Source of the DNA: Candidatus Omnitrophota bacterium | GTDB lineage: Bacteria > Omnitrophota > Gorgyraeia > Zapsychrales > Fredricksoniimonadaceae | Assembly: GCA_028870995.1 (NCBI GenBank) | Contig: JAGWOI010000006.1 | Location: 19,514-83,513, forward strand | Direction: 5' to 3' | Length of the DNA stretch: 64,000 nucleotides | Shown here: in pieces, positions 56,813 to 64,000 of the stretch | How the letters are laid out: each line of letters opens with the position of its first letter | Numbering within the stretch: position 1 is the first letter of the stretch | Program-made: the position numbers and the translations under genes | Notes under the pieces: model-generated | What the model was told of the DNA's origin: nothing | Databases searched by the model: none | Seen by the model: only the letters and a program-made list of their open reading frames with translations

Positions 56813-58969
56813 ATGACCACTACGACTGTCATGGAAGTCTTAAAGCACCAAACCCAAAGGGAGATTTTCCCGGGAGAGAAAAGCCCTTTGGGAGCCACCA
56901 TCAGGCCTGATGGCGTGAATTTTGCCGTGTTTTCCCAACATGCCCATGAAGTCTTCCTGCTGCTGTTTGATAATGTCCATGATGATCCCACGGATGTGAT
57001 CAAACTCAACCGCACTGATAATGTCTGGCATGTCTTTGTAAAAGGCATCAAGGCCGGTCATCTTTACGGCTATAAAGCCAACGGCGATTATAATCCGGGG
57101 GAAGGCCAAAGATTCAATCCTTATAAGCTGTTGATGGACCCTTATGCCAAGGCCGTCAGCGGAAAATTCAAGGAGCAGCATAATCTTATTTTTCCTTATG
57201 ACCTTAACGCGCAGGACAAAGACCTTGTGATGGACCAGCAGGACAATGCCTCCGCGGCCCCCAAATCCATTGTCATTGATGATAATTTCGAATGGCAGGG
57301 CGACAAAGCTCCCGGCATCCCCATGGAGCAGTTGATTATCTATGAGGTCCATGTCAAAGGGTTTACCGCCCATCCCTCATCAGGGGTCAAAGAGCCGGGG
57401 ACCTATTTGGGCTTCATTGAGAAAATCCCTCATTTAAAGAAACTGGGGATCAATGCCGTGGAGTTGATGCCGGTCCATGAATTTTTTATCCGCCATGAAC
57501 TGGTGGAAAAGGGTTTAAGCGATTATTGGGGGTATAACACCATTGGTTTTTTTGCGCCTGAATCCTCCTACAGCACCCAAAAGCGTTTGGGCTGCCAGGT
57601 GGATGAGTTCAAGACGCTGGTGCGGGAATTGCATAAAGCCGGCATCGAGGTCATCCTGGATGTGGTCTATAATCACACCGGTGAGGGGAATCATTTGGGA
57701 CCGTCCTTGTGCTTTAAAGGTTTGGATAACTCCACCTATTATTCCCTTGTTCCCAACCCCGATAACCCCATGGAGCAGGCCCGTTTTTATTTAAATGATA
57801 CCGGCTGCGGTAATGTTTTTAATGTCGAGAACCAGATCGTTATGGGATTGGTGCTGGACTCTCTGAAATATTGGGTCACACAGATGCATGTCGATGGCTT
57901 CCGGTTCGACCTGGCCGGCATCCTGGCCAGGGTCAAAGGGCATTTCAGCCATTCGTCCGCATTCTTTGAGGCCATTTCCGGTGATCCTGTTCTCAACAAG
58001 GTTAAATTGATCGCCGAACCCTGGGACTTGAATTCATACCACGTAGGGAAATTCCCGCAAGGCTGGTCGGAATGGAATGACAAGTTCAGGGACACTGCAC
58101 GGCGTTTTCTTAAAGGGGACAGGGGACAGGCCGGGGACATGGCCAAACGCCTGACCGGCTCGGCGGACCTATATGAAGGTGACGACCGCAAACCATATAA
58201 CAGCATAAACTTTATCACCTGCCATGACGGTTTTACCCTTAAGGACCTTTTTTCTTACAACGAAAAACACAATGAAGCCAACCATGAGGCCAACCACGAC
58301 GGCCATGTTGAGAATTATTCATGGAATTGCGGGGTGGAAGGGAACTCCAGGGACGACCGTATCATCCGTTTGAGAAAACAAATGGTCAAAAATGCCCTGA
58401 GCTGCCTCATGTTTTCCGCCGGCACGCCGATGCTGCTTTTCGGCGATGAGATGATGCGTACCCAGAAGGGCAATAACAACGCTTATTGCCAGGACAATGA
58501 ACTCGGCTGGCTGGATTGGAATAACCTTAAGATTTATCCGGATATCTTTGATTTTTGCATCCGGTCCGTGCAGTTCCGGCGCACCTGCCCCTTGTTGAGG
58601 CGGAGGCGCTTTTTTAGCGGCGAGAATAAACAGGGCAGCCCCACGCCGGACATTTCCTGGTTCGGCCGAAAATTGGATGCGCCGCGCTGGAATAAGCCCC
58701 TGCTTAAGACGATCTGTTACCAACTGGCCGGCCATGAGGCTCCCTTTATCATCGGCGATTATTATCTCTTTTTTATTTTCAATATGAATCACCGGGCGGC
58801 GGTCGTGCACCTGCCGCAATTTGAAGGCTTGAAGTGGTACCGGCTGGTGGATACCTCCCAAAGGCCGGGTGAAGATTTCCGAACCTATGAAAAAAGACGC
58901 CTCCTGCGCAGGCAGGACAGGCATTATTGTGCCGGACGGACCGTGAATGTCTTGTGGGCAGGTGTATGA
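56813..58969 (+). CDS. glgX: Glycogen debranching enzyme (isoamylase-type, GH13 with CBM48). I moved the start to the ATG at 56813.
   Basis: It is colinear with E. coli GlgX throughout. Matching segments include GATIRPDGVNFAVFS, RFNPYKLLMDPYAKA, YWGYNTIGFFAPE, GIEVILDVVYNHTGEG, DGFRFDLAGIL, KLIAEPWD and NNAYCQDNELGWLDW. Confidence 0.9.
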   Translation: MTTTTVMEVLKHQTQREIFPGEKSPLGATIRPDGVNFAVFSQHAHEVFLLLFDNVHDDPTDVIKLNRTDNVWHVFVKGIKAGHLYGYKANGDYNPGEGQRFNPYKLLMDPYAKAVSGKFKEQHNLIFPYDLNAQDKDLVMDQQDNASAAPKSIVIDDNFEWQGDKAPGIPMEQLIIYEVHVKGFTAHPSSGVKEPGTYLGFIEKIPHLKKLGINAVELMPVHEFFIRHELVEKGLSDYWGYNTIGFFAPESSYSTQKRLGCQVDEFKTLVRELHKAGIEVILDVVYNHTGEGNHLGPSLCFKGLDNSTYYSLVPNPDNPMEQARFYLNDTGCGNVFNVENQIVMGLVLDSLKYWVTQMHVDGFRFDLAGILARVKGHFSHSSAFFEAISGDPVLNKVKLIAEPWDLNSYHVGKFPQGWSEWNDKFRDTARRFLKGDRGQAGDMAKRLTGSADLYEGDDRKPYNSINFITCHDGFTLKDLFSYNEKHNEANHEANHDGHVENYSWNCGVEGNSRDDRIIRLRKQMVKNALSCLMFSAGTPMLLFGDEMMRTQKGNNNAYCQDNELGWLDWNNLKIYPDIFDFCIRSVQFRRTCPLLRRRRFFSGENKQGSPTPDISWFGRKLDAPRWNKPLLKTICYQLAGHEAPFIIGDYYLFFIFNMNHRAAVVHLPQFEGLKWYRLVDTSQRPGEDFRTYEKRRLLRRQDRHYCAGRTVNVLWAGV

Positions 58970-60789
58970 AGGCCGTAGGCACGCATTACAATGCAGAGGG
59001 CGCTTGCGAATTTGCCGTCTGGGCCCCTTTTTTGAAGGACCTGAGTTTATCCATCGTTTTTCCCCTGACTAAAGAATTGGAACTGCCTTTACCCGGCGAT
59101 GGACACGGTTATTTCCACGCCCTTGTTCATGAGGTACCGCCCGGCACGAAATATTTCTACAGGATACAGGGGCAATTATATCCCGACCCGGCTTCCCATT
59201 CTCAACCGGAGGGTGTTTGGGGGCCTTCCTGTACCATCGACCATACGGTTTTCCCATGGCAGGACAGCCGCTGGAAAGGCATTCCTTTAAAGGAAATGAT
59301 CATTTACGAGCTGCATATAGGGACCTTTACTGTGGAGGGCACCTTTGAGGCAGCTGCCGCCAGGCTGGCGGATTTGGTCGAATTGGGAATAACAGCCGTT
59401 GAGATCATGCCCGTGGCCCAGTGTTCGGGCGAGCGCAATTGGGGCTACGATGGGGTTTTCCCTTTTGCCGTCCAACATTCCTACGGCGGGCCCCAGGGCC
59501 TGAAAATGTTCGTGGACTCCTGCCATGCCCAGGGCCTGGCCGTGATTCTCGATGTGGTTTATAACCATCTGGGACCGGAAGGCAATATCGTGGAGAAATA
59601 CATGCCTGTCTTTACCGATAGGTATCATACGCCTTGGGGCAGGGCCATCAATTTTGATGACGCCTACAGCGACGATGTCAAGCATTTTTTTATCCAGAAT
59701 GCCTTACACTGGTTTCAACATTTTCATATCGACGCTTTAAGGCTCGATGCCATTCAAACTATCTATGACATGGGTGCCAAGCATTTTTTGAGGGAGCTGG
59801 CAGAAATTGTCGATGAATTCTCCGGCCGGATAGGCCGAAAATTTTACCTCATAGCCGAGAGTGATTTGAACGACCGGCGCATTGTCCTGGAGCGTCAGAG
59901 GGAAGGTTTCGGTATAGACAGCCAGTGGAGCGATGACTTCCATCATGCGGTCCATGCCCGCCTCACAGGTGAAACCCAAGGGTACTATCAAGATTTTGGT
60001 TCCACGGAAAAGATAGCCCGGGCCCTGAAAAACGGATTTGTATTGGACGGCCGCTTTTCCGATTTTCGCAAACGCACCCACGGGAGCTTTTCACAAGACA
60101 TGCCCTCGCAACGTTTCGTGGTCTGTGTGCAAAATCACGACCAAGTAGGCAACCGTTTTAAATCCGACCGGTTAAGCAGCCTGCTTTCCTTTGAGGCTCT
60201 AAAACTGGCAGCCGCCGTGCTGATCACCGCACCCTATGTCCCTTTGGTCTTTATGGGCGAGGAATATGCAGAAGAGGCGCCATTTAATTATTTTGTCGAT
60301 TTTAAAGACGAAGGTTTGATCAGGGCCGTCAGGGAAGGGCGCCGCCGTGAATTTGCTGCTTTCGGATGGAAGAATGAACCCTTGGACCCTTTCGCAGCTG
60401 ATACCTTCCTGCATTCGAAGCTTCATTGGGACAAACGCCGGGAGGGCAGACATGCGGTGCTGTTGTCTTTTTATAAAAGACTTTTTGAATTGCGCAAGAC
60501 CGTACCTGCCTTAAAGGCATTGGACAGGGAGGGGATGACCGTCGCCATCCTCGAAGACGTAATCATGGTCAAGCGTCTTTGGGCGGATAGCTGCATCCTT
60601 ATTCTGATGAATTTCGGCAAGGCCAGGGCCGACATCAATAGCGGCGAGGATTTTCAGATGGGCGACAGGATTCTGGATTCCTGCGAGGCGCAATGGTTGG
60701 GGAAGGGAACCTCTTTGCCCCAGCGTCTTCTGCCTTCCACCGTCTTGACCCTCAATCCTTTAAGCTTTGCCCTGTACCAGGAGATATGA
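58966..60789 (+). CDS. treZ: Malto-oligosyltrehalose trehalohydrolase. I moved the start to the ATG at 58966, which overlaps the glgX stop (ATGA).
   Basis: The N-terminus (FAVWAP) is TreZ-like. GH13 catalytic regions are present (DALRLDAIQTI, LIAESDLND, CVQNHDQVGNR), and the family C-terminal domain follows. Confidence 0.85.
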   Translation: MKAVGTHYNAEGACEFAVWAPFLKDLSLSIVFPLTKELELPLPGDGHGYFHALVHEVPPGTKYFYRIQGQLYPDPASHSQPEGVWGPSCTIDHTVFPWQDSRWKGIPLKEMIIYELHIGTFTVEGTFEAAAARLADLVELGITAVEIMPVAQCSGERNWGYDGVFPFAVQHSYGGPQGLKMFVDSCHAQGLAVILDVVYNHLGPEGNIVEKYMPVFTDRYHTPWGRAINFDDAYSDDVKHFFIQNALHWFQHFHIDALRLDAIQTIYDMGAKHFLRELAEIVDEFSGRIGRKFYLIAESDLNDRRIVLERQREGFGIDSQWSDDFHHAVHARLTGETQGYYQDFGSTEKIARALKNGFVLDGRFSDFRKRTHGSFSQDMPSQRFVVCVQNHDQVGNRFKSDRLSSLLSFEALKLAAAVLITAPYVPLVFMGEEYAEEAPFNYFVDFKDEGLIRAVREGRRREFAAFGWKNEPLDPFAADTFLHSKLHWDKRREGRHAVLLSFYKRLFELRKTVPALKALDREGMTVAILEDVIMVKRLWADSCILILMNFGKARADINSGEDFQMGDRILDSCEAQWLGKGTSLPQRLLPSTVLTLNPLSFALYQEI

Positions 60790-63554
60790 GAATACCCACG
60801 GCGTCCTACCGTCTGCAATTCTCCCCCCACTTTACCTTTGAAGATGCCCAAAAGGTCATCACATATCTTGCCGAGATGGGCATATCCGACGTTTACGCGT
60901 CCCCTATTTTTAAGGCCAGGAAGGACAGCGCTCATGGTTATGATATCGTCGATCCCTCCCAGATCAGCGATCGCTTGGGAGGGGGATCCGCCTTTGGCCG
61001 GTTGGCGGCGCACGTCCAGGCCTCCGGCTTAGGTTGGATTCAGGACATCGTTCCCAATCACATGGCCTTTGACAGCGCCAACCGCCTGCTCATGGATGTC
61101 TTGGAAAACGGCCCTCATTCCAGGTATTATTCATTTTTTGATATCCAATGGGACCACCCTTATGAGCATTTAAAGGGAAAATTATTGGCCCCATTTTTGG
61201 GAGACCTGTACGGCCGATGCCTTGATAATAATGAAATCAGGCTCGCCTTTGATGAAAACGGCTTTAACATCCGTTATTATGATTGGAAATTTCCCCTGAA
61301 GATCACTTCTTATGCCACGGTATTGGCCAGTCAGCTGATCTGGCTGGAGGACAAGATGCACCATGAGGACAGGGACTACATCCATTTTCTGGAGGCCAGC
61401 AATGATTTTAAGCGTTTAAAAGAATCAGCGGACATCAATGATTATTACAATCACCTGGCCTTGCTCAAAGCCCGGCTGTGGAAGCTTTATTTGTCCAATG
61501 ACGTCATCAAGGAGTATATCAACAATCTCATTAAGGTTTTTAACGGTACGGCGGGCGATCCGCATTCTTTAAATAAGCTGGATGAATTGCTCTCTGACCA
61601 GTTCTTCAAACTTTCCTTCTGGAAGGTGGGCAACGAGGAGCTGAATTACCGCCGCTTTTTTACCATCAACGGACTTTTGAGCGTACGCGTGGAAATGCAG
61701 GAGGTCTTCGAATATACCCATAATCTTATTTTTCAATTGATCAAATCCGGGCAAATCACGGGACTTCGGGTGGACCACGTGGACGGCCTTTATGACCCGG
61801 TTGCCTATCTTAATAAGCTCAGGCAGCGCTCCGGAGAGCTGTACATAACCGTTGAAAAAATTCTGGACCTGGATGAACAGCTGCCTTCCTGCATGCCGGT
61901 GCAGGGGACCACCGGCTATGATTTCATGAATGTGGTCAATGAGGCGCTTATCGATACCGAGGGCCAAAAAGCCATGGACCGCATTTATGTGGTGTTTACT
62001 GGCCAGACGTCCAGTTACCGGGATTTCGTGGCCGAGAAGAAGAAGCTGTTCATGGGGCGCTACATGGCCGGAGACATCGACAACCTGGCGCATCTTCTCA
62101 AACAAATCATCAACGGCCAGCGCTATGGCAGGGACATGACGATGTATGCCCTGCGCCGCAGCATCGTGGAGATCATGGCGCAATTTCCCGTATACCGCGC
62201 CTATTTGCGGGAACAGGCGCTCAGTGAGAAAGACAAGCTCCATATCAAGGAGGCCATTGCCGCAGCCAAGAACAGGCACGCGGGGCTTATCAATGAACTG
62301 GATTTTATTGCCAAGATTTTATTGCTGGAATTTCCGGTCGACCTTGATACGAAAAAGAAGGAAGCCTATCACCATTTCATCAAGAAGTTCCATCAATTTT
62401 CCGGGGCCCTGATGGCCAAGGGGGCGGAAGATACGGCTTTTTACATTTATAACAGGTTTATCTCCCTTAACGAGGTGGGTGGGGACCCGTCGGTGTTCGG
62501 TTTGCCTTTGGGACGGTTCCATGAATTCATGGCCCAGCGGCAGCGCCAGTGTCCGTACACCATGAATGCCACCTCAACGCATGACACCAAAAGGGGGGAA
62601 GATGTGCGTGCCAGGCTCAACGTCCTTTCAGAAATTCCCCGGGCCTGGCAGCAGCATGTTTTTGCCTGGAGCCGCATGAATAGGGACAAAAAAAGGAGGA
62701 TCAACGGTTCGTGGGCGCCTGACCGTAATGATGAATATTTGATTTATCAGACCCTGCTGGGGGCCTGGCCATTTCAGGAGAACCAGCAAGCCAGCTTCAG
62801 GCTGCGGATGAAGGAATATATCATTAAAGCCATCCGGGAGGCAAAGATCCATACCACCTGGGTCAATCAGGACAGTCAATACGAGGAAGCCTGCCTGGAT
62901 TTCATTCAGAAGATTTTAAATCCGGACAGGGAAAATAAATTCCTGTATTCTTTTCTTCCTTTTCAAAAGGAAATCGCCTCGGCCGGCGCCCAAAATTCCC
63001 TGTCCCAAGCCCTGCTTAAATTGACCTGTCCGGGCGTTCCGGATTTTTATCAGGGTACGGAATTGTGGGACCTGACCTTGGTCGACCCTGACAACCGCCA
63101 TCCCGTGGACTTCCAACACCGGATAAAATTATTGGACCAGGTCAAGGGCAGGCAAGGCGCCGATGACATCCAGAGGCTGGTGGACAACAAAAATGACGGC
63201 CAAATTAAACTATTCCTGCTGTCCAGGGGCTTGGGCCTCCGCCGGCAGCATACGGATCTGTTTTTAAAGGGTGAATACATCCCTTTGGAGGTGCAGGGCC
63301 CGTTGAATAAGTATATCGTTGCTTTTGCCAGGAGATCGGGCAATCTCTGGAGTATTACCGCCTGCCCGCGTTTTTCCCGGCAATTCATCGAAAGGCATTA
63401 TCGATGGCAGGATGCCGTTTTATCCCTGCCGGCAGAGGCCCCCCGGCATTGGATGAACGTCATCACTCAAGAAAGATTAGGAGCTTTGGAATACGTCCCC
63501 TTAGACGCCTTGTTTGCCCAATTCCCTGTGATTTTCCTGCTTTCCGTCGTTTAA
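60786..63554 (+). CDS. treY: Malto-oligosyltrehalose synthase. The start is at the ATG at 60786, which overlaps the treZ stop.
   Basis: The N-terminus (MRIPTASYRLQFSPHFTFEDAQKVITYLAEMGISDVYASPIFKARKDSAHGYDIVD) is the hallmark of TreY. Its ~920-aa length fits. Confidence 0.85.
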   Translation: MRIPTASYRLQFSPHFTFEDAQKVITYLAEMGISDVYASPIFKARKDSAHGYDIVDPSQISDRLGGGSAFGRLAAHVQASGLGWIQDIVPNHMAFDSANRLLMDVLENGPHSRYYSFFDIQWDHPYEHLKGKLLAPFLGDLYGRCLDNNEIRLAFDENGFNIRYYDWKFPLKITSYATVLASQLIWLEDKMHHEDRDYIHFLEASNDFKRLKESADINDYYNHLALLKARLWKLYLSNDVIKEYINNLIKVFNGTAGDPHSLNKLDELLSDQFFKLSFWKVGNEELNYRRFFTINGLLSVRVEMQEVFEYTHNLIFQLIKSGQITGLRVDHVDGLYDPVAYLNKLRQRSGELYITVEKILDLDEQLPSCMPVQGTTGYDFMNVVNEALIDTEGQKAMDRIYVVFTGQTSSYRDFVAEKKKLFMGRYMAGDIDNLAHLLKQIINGQRYGRDMTMYALRRSIVEIMAQFPVYRAYLREQALSEKDKLHIKEAIAAAKNRHAGLINELDFIAKILLLEFPVDLDTKKKEAYHHFIKKFHQFSGALMAKGAEDTAFYIYNRFISLNEVGGDPSVFGLPLGRFHEFMAQRQRQCPYTMNATSTHDTKRGEDVRARLNVLSEIPRAWQQHVFAWSRMNRDKKRRINGSWAPDRNDEYLIYQTLLGAWPFQENQQASFRLRMKEYIIKAIREAKIHTTWVNQDSQYEEACLDFIQKILNPDRENKFLYSFLPFQKEIASAGAQNSLSQALLKLTCPGVPDFYQGTELWDLTLVDPDNRHPVDFQHRIKLLDQVKGRQGADDIQRLVDNKNDGQIKLFLLSRGLGLRRQHTDLFLKGEYIPLEVQGPLNKYIVAFARRSGNLWSITACPRFSRQFIERHYRWQDAVLSLPAEAPRHWMNVITQERLGALEYVPLDALFAQFPVIFLLSVV

Positions 63555-63640
63555 TCCCATTTTCATCCTCTCTTCATTTTTATTTGGATATAGTCGTTTC
63601 GAAAAAAATTAGTTATTTAACCTTTAAGGAAGGAGTCGTC

Positions 63641-63865
63641 ATGGTCAAGCATCCACCCAAGAAAACACCCCCAACCAATCGAGTCAGGAGCGCATCTGGC
63701 GAGGATTTTGAAGAGAAATACTCCCAAGAGGCAAAGCCCTCCTTTGAGGAAATACAAAAGCTGGCTTACCATATCCACCTCGAAAAAGGCGGCAGCGAGT
63801 TGGAGAATTGGATAGAGGCGGAGAAGACACTCAAAGAGCAACGGCCTGCGGGAAGCAGCAGATAA
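63641..63865 (+). CDS. DUF2934-family small protein
   Basis: The C-terminal segment (IQKLAYHIHLEKGGSELENWIEAEKTL) resembles the DUF2934 signature (ERAYxLWExxGRP.G...WLxAE). An AAGGAAGGAG RBS precedes it. Confidence 0.45.
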   Translation: MVKHPPKKTPPTNRVRSASGEDFEEKYSQEAKPSFEEIQKLAYHIHLEKGGSELENWIEAEKTLKEQRPAGSSR

Positions 63866-64000
63866 AGGGCGGGGATTTTGAATGCCATTTTTCTTCAGCA
63901 ACCTTACAAGCGGTTCGTCTGTCTCTTTGATGGTCTGCGATGATGCTAATCCTGTGTTTGCTTGTCTCCAGGAAACCGTCAAGCAGGGGGCGTCAGACCT

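Overview
This is a gene-dense bacterial chromosomal window of about 50% GC, coded mostly on the + strand. From start to end it contains: (i) the 3' half of a type IV secretion/conjugation-like gene block (VirB6, B8, B9, B10, B11 homologues, cut by the window edge) followed by a coupled operon of small secreted proteins and a DUF3592-TPR membrane protein; (ii) housekeeping genes (pyk, a GH1 beta-glucosidase, smc, cvpA, the dnaG-rpoD pair with a clear intrinsic terminator, aroD) plus a minus-strand envelope cluster (AsmA-like, TPR-like, Wzx-type flippase); (iii) a dense two-component signalling array with two tandem paralogous sensor kinases, two paralogous single-domain response regulators, an HTH-REC regulator with inverted domain order, a CBS-pair protein, a REC-kinase hybrid and a REC-pseudoREC protein; (iv) an ion and osmotic homeostasis block (BamE-like lipoprotein-pfkA-mgtA, an NhaP-type antiporter, and a complete kdpFABCDE operon with an extra small hydrophobic leader ORF); (v) a Rho-like protein made only of the Rho ATPase domain, placed directly after kdpE; (vi) an MMPL transporter, paralogous small secreted proteins and a DUF892 (YciE/YciF-like) protein; (vii) a large trehalose/alpha-glucan island carrying both the TreS-Mak fusion/GlgE route and the GlgX-TreZ-TreY route, interrupted by cfa, a PoxB-like TPP enzyme and a DUF481 outer-membrane protein. 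I found no rRNA, tRNA, CRISPR array, transposase or integrase. All protein calls rest on conserved motifs I recognised by eye in the supplied translations; no database search was possible. I do not see an unambiguous new defence-type system. The most unusual items are the standalone Rho ATPase-domain gene, the truncated T4SS block with its secreted-protein operon, the redundant two-component array, and the doubled small-peptide leader of kdp.
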